A DNA stretch of 37,923 nucleotides from UHGV virus genome UHGV-0060191. One strand, 5' to 3'. Below the pieces are notes generated by a model that did no database searches, was not told the DNA's origin, and saw only the letters and a program-made list of their open reading frames with translations. Below are positions 1 through 9,767 of this stretch, piece after piece. The stretch comes from a virus. Position numbers and translations under genes: made by a program. Within the stretch, counting starts at the first letter, position 1, and each line of letters begins with the position of its first letter.

Positions 1-2189
1 TTCTCTACGGCGTTTGCAACCTTGAAGTACAGCTGCACATCATCAGGTAGAGTTGTGTCTACTATGATGCCTGATTTTGACGGGTCTGTTGTTAAACCTA
101 ATGACGAATTATAAGGCCAGCTCGAGGGTTGTCCGGCTAATGGGGTACCAGCAGGAGTGCCATATAAACCCGCGTTGGTTTGGTTATAATTTGCTGCTGT
201 GGTTGAATATCCCAAGCCGAAATAGTCAACCCCATTTTTTAGCCCTATTGTTATGCCATTCCCCTTGCACCCAGCATTGTTCGCCAAAAGAGCAGCGGAA
301 AGCCTTAACGGAGTCCTAAACCTCATTGCGTCTTGATAAACAATCCAATACTCGGAGTAGTCTGTACCCTCTTCCATAGTAGTGGAGTCTATTACTTTTA
401 TTTCCCAGATATTATCGGTTAAGGCTTGTACAAGTTTGTTATAGCAAGAAGTGTATATGCCTCCGCTGTCTTGTTGTTCACCGGCTTTGAGCCAGCTGGG
501 GTTGTTCGGCTTGAAATTGAAATACTGTCCTGTAAACAACGGCACAGTGTCATTTTCTGTTGTAGTAACATCCACAACATCCGAAGCCGCACTTTGCACT
601 TTTACATTGCCGACTACAATGTACAAAAGTTTCTTTGTTGCATAAGGCTGTACTGTGTCGGAGTTGCCGTAGACGGGGTTGGAAAGTGAAGCGTCAAGGC
701 TCCAATTTCTCATACGTGCTAAGTTTACGCTTCCTTGCCACATAGCACCTGAATGTATAGTATCTATCTTCAGAGCCCCTGTTGCTACGCCTTCTGAAAT
801 ATCAGCGGTCATTGTGCCGGTGATATTCGGCAGCCCGGCTTCTACATAATCGCCTGTTTCGTCAGTGTTTACAGTGTACTGTGAACGTGTGCCTCTGGGT
901 AAAAAGATTCTTTCATTTTCTGTATCTACGCCGTAAAACCACGCCTCACCGCGTTGAGAAAAGATTTCATCAACAGTGGCTTTGTCTGCGATGTCGTAGA
1001 AGATGTGTCCGTTAGGGTTCTTTGTGGCTACCGAGGCACCGCTCCAGATACGCTGGCCGTTGCTTTCTATATAACATTCTTTCAAATCCACAGAGCCTTT
1101 AAATGGGTTGAAGATAGTGACTGCATTATCTTTGCCTGTACCTATAACTGCCTCTTTTATATCGTACAGTTCGTCAACCTGTTTTGTATCATCAAGCAAT
1201 ACCGTGCCATTTGCCAAAGACATAGTCACGTGCAATGTATTATTGGTTTTGGAATAAACTACTTTGACAATATAATCTGTTTCCGGTTGAGCAGATGTTC
1301 CAAAAGGATACTGCCAAACACCAAGGCCACCATTAAAAATTACATTAAGATTATTACTTTCTAAGTTTACTAAACAAAAATAATATTGAGATGGCCCGCT
1401 CGCTGTAGGACATGCAAAAATTTCTTGCTCGCCTGATATGTCAGCGCCTGTTTTGATTTTGAATTGAAAATCAAAATCCTCGTCAGTGGGGAAAGTCAAA
1501 GTGGTTGCATAGCTGCTCGTGCTAAACCCGCTCACCACTCCGTTGTTTACTAAAGGAGAGCCCACTACTTCAACATTGTTTTTCAAAGCCAAAAGAGTGT
1601 TGCCTTCTGTGCTTTTTTGCGCCACGCACTCGTTGTAAAAATCAGGGTAGCCGTAGCGAGAACCGGCAACAGGTTCCTTGTACACGTACGTGCCTAAAAG
1701 CCCGAAGCCCATTGACTCCTCAAAGCTCAAGATGTGGTCTTTTTCTACCACGTCGAAGAGGGAGAAGCCAGAGCCTGCTGTATCTCTTATTACATCTTTA
1801 CCAGCCTCGGTTATGTTTGAAAGGTCTTTGTCGGCATTATTTCCGCCAGGTGTTCCGTTTGTTATCTTTGTGACTCTGCCTTTTTTATCTACTGTAATAC
1901 TATCGGGATAAACATAAGTGTCCTCTGTAACCCCGCTATTCGGGAGTCTTTCGGGGTTTAATATTCCTGACGTTATATTATCAGCATTTGATGCATCAAC
2001 GGATAATAATTTATTATCTGTACCGAGCTTGATACCGTTGTTTTCATCATTTGAAACTAAGTCCTTTATGAAATTCGATATTTTTTCTTTTCTTAACTGG
2101 TTGTGTTGTGAATCTGTAATAACCATAATTTCATCATCATTTGATGATTCTGTTATATCAGGTAATTCACCTACTAGTTGTTTATCCAT
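1..2189 (-). CDS. Tail fibre / receptor-binding protein, 5' part (continues across the origin at 37923; 852 aa total)
   Basis: Not in the ORF track. Hand translation from ATG 2189 (GGAG RBS) gives MDKQLVGELPDITES... open to base 1, with collar/fibre-type motifs GDYVEAGLPNITG and NPVYGNSDTVQP; reads ...VANAVEN|LDMLNAGE into the 37554..37916 frame. Confidence 0.85.
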   Translation of the reverse strand, partial: MDKQLVGELPDITESSNDDEIMVITDSQHNQLRKEKISNFIKDLVSNDENNGIKLGTDNKLLSVDASNADNITSGILNPERLPNSGVTEDTYVYPDSITVDKKGRVTKITNGTPGGNNADKDLSNITEAGKDVIRDTAGSGFSLFDVVEKDHILSFEESMGFGLLGTYVYKEPVAGSRYGYPDFYNECVAQKSTEGNTLLALKNNVEVVGSPLVNNGVVSGFSTSSYATTLTFPTDEDFDFQFKIKTGADISGEQEIFACPTASGPSQYYFCLVNLESNNLNVIFNGGLGVWQYPFGTSAQPETDYIVKVVYSKTNNTLHVTMSLANGTVLLDDTKQVDELYDIKEAVIGTGKDNAVTIFNPFKGSVDLKECYIESNGQRIWSGASVATKNPNGHIFYDIADKATVDEIFSQRGEAWFYGVDTENERIFLPRGTRSQYTVNTDETGDYVEAGLPNITGTMTADISEGVATGALKIDTIHSGAMWQGSVNLARMRNWSLDASLSNPVYGNSDTVQPYATKKLLYIVVGNVKVQSAASDVVDVTTTENDTVPLFTGQYFNFKPNNPSWLKAGEQQDSGGIYTSCYNKLVQALTDNIWEIKVIDSTTMEEGTDYSEYWIVYQDAMRFRTPLRLSAALLANNAGCKGNGITIGLKNGVDYFGLGYSTTAANYNQTNAGLYGTPAGTPLAGQPSSWPYNSSLGLTTDPSKSGIIVDTTLPDDVQLYFKVANAVE

Positions 2190-2203
2190 TATGTAAACTC
2201 CTT

Positions 2204-2228
2204 AAAAAGCCCCCTAGAAAAGGGGGCT
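2204..2228 (-). terminator. Intrinsic terminator after major capsid gene
   Basis: Minus strand AGCCCCCT-TTTCT-AGGGGGCT followed by TTTT. Confidence 0.85.
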
Positions 2229-2235
2229 AAACTAA

Positions 2236-3192
2236 TTATATTGTAGCTTTCGGTTGCAATACAGCGAACGGATAACGTGTGCTGCTTGTTGCGTTTTTAC
2301 GAGTAATTGGGTTAGCAATTTGTACAGCTAATCTCATTACGCAGCGTAATGCTACCATGTCTTGTTGTGCAAGGTTGTATGCAATAGTGCCATCAGTGTT
2401 TTGGATGATAGCCTGGTCTAAGACTTTATATGTCATATCCTGACGTAGAGAATAAACAGCTTTAGTAAAATCGCCTGCAACCATAAGAGCTTTTGTTGCA
2501 TCAAAAACACCTTGGTTGTCATATTCTATTGGTCTACCTATCATTGTAGATGGGACACTTGATGTTAAACTAGGCATATATAAGAGCTGATTGTTTTTAT
2601 CTCTTAAATCTCTAAGTCTGGCCTCCATTGTGCCATCGGCAAAAAATCCGTTCACTCTGTAACCGTCTGACTCGACCAAATCCATAAGTCCGTTTAATCC
2701 TATGATATCTGAGGCCAAGTCTGTATTTGTACCTATTTCAATTTTGTTTTCTGCGGCAATAGCGGCAGGAACGATTGCCTCGGGCCAAGAAGTAGGTTTA
2801 TTTGTACCGTTTAAAATAGCTGCATCAATAGCAACCCCAAATGCTTCTTCAATTTGGGGTCTTAATTCTCCCCATATATCGTAAGAGGAATCATCCAAAA
2901 CAGACTCAGGGATAGGTACAATTACTGCGAGCTCTTCAGCAGTCAAAGTGATTTTATCCCATTCTGAATTTGTTGTTTTTTTCTGGTCTGTGTCACCATT
3001 CAAGAAATATGCGCTCGGCAATGCTGACAAAACAGGTAAGACTCTTTGTTTTGCTGACATATTGGGTAATCTTCTCATTAATGGTAATAGTTTCGAACGT
3101 TGCGGAACATTCTGTATAATTTCTCTGGAATATTCTATAGGAATTAACGCATCTGCGTTAGTACGTGAAATAATGTTTACATCTGTTGCCAT
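2236..3192 (-). CDS. Major capsid protein (HK97 fold)
   Basis: 318 aa with ALIPIEYSREII, LTAEELAVIVPIPESVLDDS and NLAQQDMVALRCVMR; follows the scaffold gene. Confidence 0.93.
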   Translation of the reverse strand: MATDVNIISRTNADALIPIEYSREIIQNVPQRSKLLPLMRRLPNMSAKQRVLPVLSALPSAYFLNGDTDQKKTTNSEWDKITLTAEELAVIVPIPESVLDDSSYDIWGELRPQIEEAFGVAIDAAILNGTNKPTSWPEAIVPAAIAAENKIEIGTNTDLASDIIGLNGLMDLVESDGYRVNGFFADGTMEARLRDLRDKNNQLLYMPSLTSSVPSTMIGRPIEYDNQGVFDATKALMVAGDFTKAVYSLRQDMTYKVLDQAIIQNTDGTIAYNLAQQDMVALRCVMRLAVQIANPITRKNATSSTRYPFAVLQPKATI

Positions 3193-3204
3193 AATTAAAT
3201 CTCC

Positions 3205-3741
3205 TTATCTACCGAGTGCTGCTCTAATTGCATTGTTTGCACCGGCATTTTTTTGTTGAACTGTTTCTGTAGGTTGTGGAACTGCCCCTTTTTTCTTGAG
3301 TTCTTCTGTTTTGAAGCTTTCAAGAGCTGCTTGTACGCTTTCATTAGTTCTTGACTTCAACAAATTTGCAAACTTCTCTGCTTGTATTTTCACGTCTTGT
3401 TCGTCTACAATTTCAATAAACTCATCAGGGTTCAGACCGATTTCTTTAAATGCTTGACGGAATGTTTCTTTACGTTCAAATGTTGCCGCTTGATTTTTGT
3501 AATATTCAAGCTGTTCTTCTGCCGTTTTAGAGGATAATGTCAATTTTTCTTTTTCTTTTAAATATTCTGCAATTTTCCTGTCCTGCCCGGCACGTTCTTT
3601 TTTCAGCATTCCCACTTGAACTTTCATTTCTTCAAGCTGTTTTTCGATGTCATTTCCGCCATCTTGAGGTTGTCCGTCAGTGCCTGCTGTGCCGTTTTGA
3701 ACGTCAGAAGCAGCAACACCGCCGTTTTGTGGTTGTGTCAT
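3205..3741 (-). CDS. Capsid scaffolding protein
   Basis: 178 aa charged coiled coil with low-complexity N-terminus and C-terminal NNAIRAALGR, directly upstream of the capsid gene. Confidence 0.8.
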   Translation of the reverse strand: MTQPQNGGVAASDVQNGTAGTDGQPQDGGNDIEKQLEEMKVQVGMLKKERAGQDRKIAEYLKEKEKLTLSSKTAEEQLEYYKNQAATFERKETFRQAFKEIGLNPDEFIEIVDEQDVKIQAEKFANLLKSRTNESVQAALESFKTEELKKKGAVPQPTETVQQKNAGANNAIRAALGR

Positions 3742-3785
3742 AATTTTCTCTCCTTTGAATATGTTACAAAGCCCTTTTGAAAGGG

Positions 3786-3814
3786 TTTAAATACTTTTTA
3801 AAATAGGGTATAAT
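3786..3814 (+). promoter_or_regulatory. Sigma70-type promoter antisense to the late operon
   Basis: TTTAAA(3786-3791)-17 nt-TATAAT(3809-3814), with no plus-strand ORF downstream. Confidence 0.65.
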
Positions 3815-3820
3815 GTATTT

Positions 3821-3905
3821 GATAGTCTGATACGGTAAATCTCCCATCCGGGCCAACTGGCGACAGAGGGGTGCGGGAGTCCTCATAATCAGGCTATTAT
3901 TTTTT
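3821..3905 (+). ncRNA. Candidate structured small RNA convergent on the MuF-nuclease gene
   Basis: GC-rich island. 11-bp closing stem GATAGTCTGAT/ATCAGGCTATT (two G-U), inner CTCCC/GGGAG and GCC/GGC stems, then a T-run; starts 6 nt after TATAAT. Confidence 0.62.
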
Positions 3906-5222
3906 GCTATGGTTATCAAAATACATTGACAAAAAGTAATTTTCGTTTTTATTTTTAGTAGTTTTTAAAGCTATTAGTAAATTTTGACCATTGATTTTTT
4001 TCTCAATTATTAAATTACCTTTATTAAAATAGCTTTTATCTGCACTGTTTATATAAGAAACAATTTTTTTGTACATTTTAAAACTAATTTCGGGGTGTTT
4101 TGCCTGGTTTTTAACAAAGTTATCAAAAGATAATCTTAATTCGTTAGTGTCACTTCCCAACAAATTCTTAATACTATTGTTGATTTTCCCGCTTACAAAA
4201 TAATGTTTCCTTAATTCTTTATCAAAATTATCTCTTAAATATTCGGTTGTAATTTTGCCAACAGGCATACTATTCCGCAATGCGGTGGCTACACCTTTTG
4301 TTTGCTCATAGAATTGTCTAAAATCAGATACTTTAGCTTTATTTTGCTCTTTAAGTTCTTTTGCGTATTTTGGATTATCTAAGAAAACAACGTATTGTGT
4401 TTCACGGTCATTGATTGCATATTGCGCAGCTGCCTCGCCAAGCTTACAACGTTTGCCGTCAGGATAGAGAAAACGTCCTTTTTCATCGGATATCTGACCG
4501 TTCATCATAGCTGATTGTGTGCGTGTGCGGCTGTCAAGAACAGCAAGAAGCTTTAAGCGTTTGTCATCTCTTTCGACTGCCGAGAAAATCTCGTGAGTTC
4601 TCAATGAAGCCATACGCATTGTTTCTGTTCTTGCAATGCGGTAGGTTTGATATATATGTCCATTTCTGTGAGAAAATTTACCATTTATAATGAGCTCTTT
4701 TGCTTTTGGCGTTATAAGTCCGTCTTTATTTCGAAAGCCCATTATAATATCGATTTTCTTTTGCACTGCCTGAATACTGGAGCCGTTTTCAAAACTTTTT
4801 GCAATAGCTTGTGTTACTTGATTTGCCATAAGCTTTGAACGCTTTAAAACAGATTTTTCTGCAAGTATTCTATTTGTTATCTCAAATGCCTGTGTGTTTG
4901 GTAAAACAGACACAACAGCGGGAATGTATTTTATAGGCTCGCCGAGTGTCTGTGAAGCAAAATCATACTCAATAACCCCACATTCATTGTAATTGTCAAG
5001 TATATTGCCTTTTAAACCAATAAACATTTCATTGTATTTTTTAACAATATAGGCTTCAAGCTCTTTATAAATCTGTTTATCTTCCTTCAACTCTAAAAGC
5101 TTTGAAAAAACATATTTTCTGACCTCTTGAAAATCAGTAATACATTTTGCCTGAGCTTCTGCGATAAGTTCGTTGTACCGTTTTCTCAATGCTTTTAGTT
5201 GTTTAGGGGTCGGTTCTTTCAT
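3897..5222 (-). CDS. MuF/SPP1 gp7-like minor head protein with C-terminal putative BECR-fold (PBECR-like) nuclease domain
   Basis: RIARTETMR and AVLDSRTR MuF motifs, located after the portal; AT-richer C-terminal extension with KHPEI...Y and ALKTTKNKNENYFLSMY. Confidence 0.8.
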   Translation of the reverse strand: MKEPTPKQLKALRKRYNELIAEAQAKCITDFQEVRKYVFSKLLELKEDKQIYKELEAYIVKKYNEMFIGLKGNILDNYNECGVIEYDFASQTLGEPIKYIPAVVSVLPNTQAFEITNRILAEKSVLKRSKLMANQVTQAIAKSFENGSSIQAVQKKIDIIMGFRNKDGLITPKAKELIINGKFSHRNGHIYQTYRIARTETMRMASLRTHEIFSAVERDDKRLKLLAVLDSRTRTQSAMMNGQISDEKGRFLYPDGKRCKLGEAAAQYAINDRETQYVVFLDNPKYAKELKEQNKAKVSDFRQFYEQTKGVATALRNSMPVGKITTEYLRDNFDKELRKHYFVSGKINNSIKNLLGSDTNELRLSFDNFVKNQAKHPEISFKMYKKIVSYINSADKSYFNKGNLIIEKKINGQNLLIALKTTKNKNENYFLSMYFDNHSKK

Positions 5223-6511
5223 CAGATTTCACTTGTTAAAGTTTCGTAGCTTTCTGTTTCAGCTTCTTGCACCAGTTCTTCTGCTTTTTTCTCGTCATAT
5301 CCTGCTTTTATAAATATTTCTTTTTGTGGCAGTTTGCCGCCTGCTGCAAGCATATCTTTTAACCATGTCATTACATCTTTTGGAATATTACGTTTGAAAT
5401 CATAATTTATGTCTTCTGTTGAAAAATCAGCAACGCTCTTTATATCCAAGCCTGTCCAATAGGATTTTAAGAGTCTGTCAAGGTATTCAAGGGATATTTT
5501 CCACTCTGCCTCTGTATCTTTGCAGTCTTCTTCCATATTTCGATACATCTGTGAGATTTGGAAAGCTGTCGCGTTTTGAAGATTTGATACTGCTTCAGGG
5601 TCAACAGATGATGACACAATCCATATACCGGACCAGGTTTTTTGAACAATAAATTTTATAAATTCAGGGTTGATATCTTTGGTAATAAAATGTGCATCTG
5701 CGTCTGCTCCACCTGTAAAGACACCTGATTTTTGCATTTCTGCTTTTATTTTATCATCTATATTCCCCATATTTTTAAGCAGGAGATATGCAGCTCTAAA
5801 AGTTGCTGCTTCTGTAATATTGTCAGATATCAAACGGTCATATGCGTCCATTAAACCAACAGCCAGCTCTGCATTTCCTTGTTTATTGTCATTATTTGAC
5901 CATTCAACAAGGGGAATTCCAATAAAACCGTGTGGCTTTGTTTCAACCAAGACCTGATAAGAATTGCCGCTTTTTGAAGCCAGCCACTCAGTGACATTTA
6001 AAGAATCATATTCCCAAATGTGTCTTCTTTCGTCTATGTCGTAGTATACATAAGCTTTTATCGGTTCATTATCATGGTTATAAACCACTTTACCCTGCCA
6101 CGCAGGAATTTGTTTTATTCTTGCTCTGTTCTGCTCATCAAGATAGCAGAGAGAATATGTGTTGCCCCATCCTGTACAGGAAAACATAAGTCTTTTGAGA
6201 AAACTTTTAAAGTGGTTAAGATTGTCAAACTCTTTGTACTTCTCTTTGACTTCTTCTGCAATACTGTCTGTATAAGTTCTTTGTATGTCTCCTGCAAGGT
6301 ATCCTGATTTAGTTTTTTGAATTACTTGAAAGTTGTTATAAGAAACTCTAATGTTAGGGTCAGAATAAGTTGTTTTTTGTCTTGCAAAAATCGGTACCCC
6401 ATCAGCCATTAAAGCATTATGCCAATCAAAACAGCTTGCGGGTTTATTCTTTGACCTCAAGCTAAGTCGATATTTTAATTCATCATCTTTTAGTAATTCT
6501 TTATCAATCAT
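5222..6511 (-). CDS. Portal protein (SPP1 gp6-like)
   Basis: 429 aa with HGFIGIPLVEWSNN, LMDAYDRLISD, DAHFITKDIN and DINYDFKRNIP. Confidence 0.9.
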   Translation of the reverse strand: MIDKELLKDDELKYRLSLRSKNKPASCFDWHNALMADGVPIFARQKTTYSDPNIRVSYNNFQVIQKTKSGYLAGDIQRTYTDSIAEEVKEKYKEFDNLNHFKSFLKRLMFSCTGWGNTYSLCYLDEQNRARIKQIPAWQGKVVYNHDNEPIKAYVYYDIDERRHIWEYDSLNVTEWLASKSGNSYQVLVETKPHGFIGIPLVEWSNNDNKQGNAELAVGLMDAYDRLISDNITEAATFRAAYLLLKNMGNIDDKIKAEMQKSGVFTGGADADAHFITKDINPEFIKFIVQKTWSGIWIVSSSVDPEAVSNLQNATAFQISQMYRNMEEDCKDTEAEWKISLEYLDRLLKSYWTGLDIKSVADFSTEDINYDFKRNIPKDVMTWLKDMLAAGGKLPQKEIFIKAGYDEKKAEELVQEAETESYETLTSEI

Positions 6512-6512
6512 T

Positions 6513-9245
6513 TTAATAATCCCTACAAGTTATAGTTGCTGTATTATCATCGCTGTATCTGATATCTGTAATTACACAGTCATAGATTGTATCTTGCCCA
6601 AGTGTAAATAAATCTCCATCATAGTGCCATTTATCTTTTAAACCCGTGATTTCTCCTGCACCCTGTATTATGCCGGTATTAGCAACAGGTTCGATTTGAA
6701 CAATGTTTGTACGTCCGGAATTTAAAACATCATAAATGTTAATTACAGGCGACTCTGTTGTGTAATCCAATGACCTTATAATAATTTTGGCATTTTCTGG
6801 GATTTCTATATCCGAATAAAGTGTAAACCCTGTCATATTTCCGTTTTTTGTTATGACAGACTTTATAAGACCTGTGCTTTCATTTTGCATATTTGCACTA
6901 TTGCAAACATACACACGGTCAAGCATTGTCATATTTAAAGCCTCAAGGTTTACAGAAAATTCAAAATTGTTTCTTTTGGCCTGTGTACAAAGTAGTTCAT
7001 AGCTTATAGATTTTAGTACACTTGCTTTGTCTGTAATGTACTTGAGGTCTTTTTTTACAAGCAGATAGTCAGAATCTGTTGTTCCTTCTTTGATTTCTTC
7101 ATGTACTGCACCGTCATACCAGTAAACGGTTACTTCGTCTTGTGTATAGTCTTCAGAGTTAGTAAAACTTGCTCTGATTGCTTCTGTTAATCGTCCCAAA
7201 TTTGGTGTCCAGCTAAAATTCCAGGAATTATGCTGGTTAAACATACCTTTAGGTGTTTTTTCACTTCCGTCTATAGCAAATGTGTGCTTCCCGTTTAAAA
7301 GCGGAATCATGGCACCCTGACAATTTTTTAATATTTCATTTATAACATCCATTGTTTTAGTGGCTTCAGATACGATGCCATCTGCTTTGTATTCTTGCTC
7401 TTCGCACCAGTTGTAAAGCATAACCAGGCTGTCATTATCAATTAAATCAGTGCTTATAGGACGAGGATTCACTAATTCATCTGTCAACAGATAGCGAATA
7501 ATAGCAGCGGGATTTTTACTTTCCTGAACTGTAGACCAGTCTTCGCCGTTCCAAACGGGTATTCTTGCCTCCGCTACATAGTTAAACTTTTTAATTGTTC
7601 CTGACAGGCCTTTATAAGCTGTTGCTTCAAATGCAATTTGATTAACTTTAGGCAGAATGCTTTCATCAAGTACTTTCCCTTCAACATAAAATTGCACCTC
7701 TGCACAGCGAGGATAGCCTATATCAAAGTTTGTTTTATCTGCATAATCTGCTGAACGTACACGCACGGTATATTTGCCTGTTTCAGGTAAAGTAAATCCG
7801 ATAGGTCTGTAAAAAAGCTGGTCAGCTACGTTTATATCTGACGGGCTATTTACTTTGACATTTGCACCGTTTACTGTCGTGCTGGATGTGCTTAATGGTT
7901 GCTTTTCACCGTTGATGTCTCTGATATAAAGTTCCGTATTTTCTGATAACGGAATATATTCCCCATCACCTTTTTTATACATTATCTCTATTTCAGAAGT
8001 ACGGGCAGAACGTGAGCCATCGTTATTTTGATGAAACAATCCTTGAGGAAAGCTTATTATTACATCAATTTCTTTTGTATTTTCGGGGCTTGTAAGTACT
8101 ACCTCTGACACAGTGCCTGCGTATCTGTTGATAGACAGGTTTAAAGTTTCATTACGGTTCAATGTCTGGGTAACCATATTTTCAGAAACATAGAGTGAGT
8201 CCAGTTCATTTGTTGATTCTGTTGAGTTTCCTCTTGTATTGCTTAAAGGGGCATAGTTTGTAAAAACTATCTCTGTATAATTATCATCATCCGCATCATA
8301 TTTAACCGAGCCGTTATAGATATATGTATTTTCATTAACAAGAGTAAGCATTGAAGAGGTGATTGTTATATCATTAGTTAAATCAACATAATTGCCTTTT
8401 TGAACCACTCTTGTTGTCTGTCTGAACTGTTTATTAGTCCAGGCGTTTAAGTCTACATTTATAAATTTGAGCTGATAATTAACCGTAACAAAGTTGGTGT
8501 TTGTCAGTTCGTTATAATCAAAATGGGCATTTTGATTTACTTCTTCATCGGGGTTGTATGACAACTCTTCATCTATGCTCATTGCTTTTACGTTATCAAA
8601 ACCTATAAAATTAGACGAGCCGCTTGCGGTTATTATATCTAAATAGTCAATAGAATAATCTGTACGTGGTGTATCTCCCAGTTTAAAATCAGAATATACT
8701 ACATTTTTATAATTAGAAACAAAATACTGTCTGTATTTGTTCGTTGAAGCACCGTCAACGACCAGTCTGTACGGCTGCTGTCCATATGAAGGTGTTTGTT
8801 GTATTTTCCCAAACAAAACAGGAAGGCATCCGCTTGAGATATCATTGCTAGCCCCTCTAAGCTCCGGCTGCGTACTTGAGCTGTATTCTTTAGCCTGAGT
8901 TGTACCACTATGGCCACCGCCTGAAAATATAGATATTGCACCTGCGGCAACTACACCTGCTGCCAACGAAACAGCAGCTATACCTGTAACAATAGCGGCA
9001 GTTGCTGAAAAAGCACCAGCACCAAGTGTAACTAATATAGTTGCACCTATAATCTCAAATATGCCGTTTGGTCTTTCTATGACTTCTACAATATCACTAT
9101 TTTTGAGTATATGCCACGGTTTAAGCGGTTTACCGTTAATGTATGCATTTTTATAGTTTCTAAAATGAAAAAAAGCAAAATGCCAGTCCCATTTATGAAA
9201 GCTTAAAGTCTTTTTATCAAGATTTCGTCTTATTACTCTTATCAT
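6513..9245 (-). CDS. Tail tip / baseplate hub protein (lambda gpI+gpJ-like)
   Basis: 910 aa. N-terminal small domain plus Gly/Ala hydrophobic stretch (gpI-like); LPVLFGK, IDVIISFPQGL and SKNPAAIIRYLLT are gpJ-type motifs. Confidence 0.82.
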   Translation of the reverse strand: MIRVIRRNLDKKTLSFHKWDWHFAFFHFRNYKNAYINGKPLKPWHILKNSDIVEVIERPNGIFEIIGATILVTLGAGAFSATAAIVTGIAAVSLAAGVVAAGAISIFSGGGHSGTTQAKEYSSSTQPELRGASNDISSGCLPVLFGKIQQTPSYGQQPYRLVVDGASTNKYRQYFVSNYKNVVYSDFKLGDTPRTDYSIDYLDIITASGSSNFIGFDNVKAMSIDEELSYNPDEEVNQNAHFDYNELTNTNFVTVNYQLKFINVDLNAWTNKQFRQTTRVVQKGNYVDLTNDITITSSMLTLVNENTYIYNGSVKYDADDDNYTEIVFTNYAPLSNTRGNSTESTNELDSLYVSENMVTQTLNRNETLNLSINRYAGTVSEVVLTSPENTKEIDVIISFPQGLFHQNNDGSRSARTSEIEIMYKKGDGEYIPLSENTELYIRDINGEKQPLSTSSTTVNGANVKVNSPSDINVADQLFYRPIGFTLPETGKYTVRVRSADYADKTNFDIGYPRCAEVQFYVEGKVLDESILPKVNQIAFEATAYKGLSGTIKKFNYVAEARIPVWNGEDWSTVQESKNPAAIIRYLLTDELVNPRPISTDLIDNDSLVMLYNWCEEQEYKADGIVSEATKTMDVINEILKNCQGAMIPLLNGKHTFAIDGSEKTPKGMFNQHNSWNFSWTPNLGRLTEAIRASFTNSEDYTQDEVTVYWYDGAVHEEIKEGTTDSDYLLVKKDLKYITDKASVLKSISYELLCTQAKRNNFEFSVNLEALNMTMLDRVYVCNSANMQNESTGLIKSVITKNGNMTGFTLYSDIEIPENAKIIIRSLDYTTESPVINIYDVLNSGRTNIVQIEPVANTGIIQGAGEITGLKDKWHYDGDLFTLGQDTIYDCVITDIRYSDDNTATITCRDY

Positions 9246-9262
9246 TTTAAAGCCAAAATATT

Positions 9263-9595
9263 TTAAACAATAACCTCATAAAACGTTGCATATCTGGGAA
9301 TTGGACTTATTTTAACTCCCTGATTAATTGTTTTATGGATGTACTCTTTTTCGTTGATTGCATACCCTATATGCTCTATACTGCCAACACTGACATGTAC
9401 TGCAACCCCTTTTTTAGGTTTGTCTACAGTTTTGTGTTTGATATTGCTTCTTACAAAGCTTTCCTCATCTTCAAAAATCGGAATATCAGGTAAAATAATC
9501 CCGTGTTCGTCTTTGTAGATATCTTGCAATAATGTCCAGCAGTCATTTTTAAACTTTTGGTACTTGCCATTTTTGAAATATTTTAAATAATCCAT
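9263..9595 (-). CDS. NlpC/P60 tail-tip protein (gpK-like, no JAB domain)
   Basis: DCWTL...HIGY...YIH Cys-His-His triad, positioned before gpJ. Confidence 0.82.
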   Translation of the reverse strand: MDYLKYFKNGKYQKFKNDCWTLLQDIYKDEHGIILPDIPIFEDEESFVRSNIKHKTVDKPKKGVAVHVSVGSIEHIGYAINEKEYIHKTINQGVKISPIPRYATFYEVIV

Positions 9596-9605
9596 TTGCC
9601 CTCAC

Positions 9606-9634
9606 TTGACAAACCTATCAACATGACAAATAAT
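9606..9634 (+). promoter_or_regulatory. Promoter of antisense RNA, type I TA copy 1
   Basis: TTGACA(9606-9611)-17 nt-AATAAT(9629-9634); same boxes and spacing at 35742-35770. Confidence 0.75.
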
Positions 9635-9639
9635 ATTGG

Positions 9640-9753
9640 TATAGGGGCAAGCCCCAAAGAATCACTACTTCTTCGGAGCTTGACTTCACCCCCTACAGAT
9701 AAAGAATAATAATTTTTAAAGCTGCTATAATTGCCGTTATAGCGGCTTTTATT
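9640..9753 (+). ncRNA. Candidate type I antitoxin RNA, copy 1
   Basis: Runs from the promoter to a terminator hairpin AAAGCTGCTATAA/TTATAGCGGCTTT (9718-9749); antisense to the peptide ORF; ends approximate. Confidence 0.7.
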
Positions 9754-9767
9754 ATTCGATTATCCAT
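9693..9767 (-). CDS. 24-aa hydrophobic peptide, candidate type I toxin copy 1 (MDNRIIKAAITAIIAALKIIILYL)
   Basis: Strong SD AGGGGGTGA; same length and hydrophobic pattern as the paralogue at 35829..35903. Confidence 0.78.
   Translation of the reverse strand: MDNRIIKAAITAIIAALKIIILYL

Noticed and set aside
77..2196. Six plus-strand ORFs in the track
   Set aside because: They are shadows of the long minus-strand fibre gene, with no RBS or protein-like motifs
3769..3788. AAGCCCTT/AAGGGTTT hairpin as a terminator
   Set aside because: No convincing U-tract on either strand
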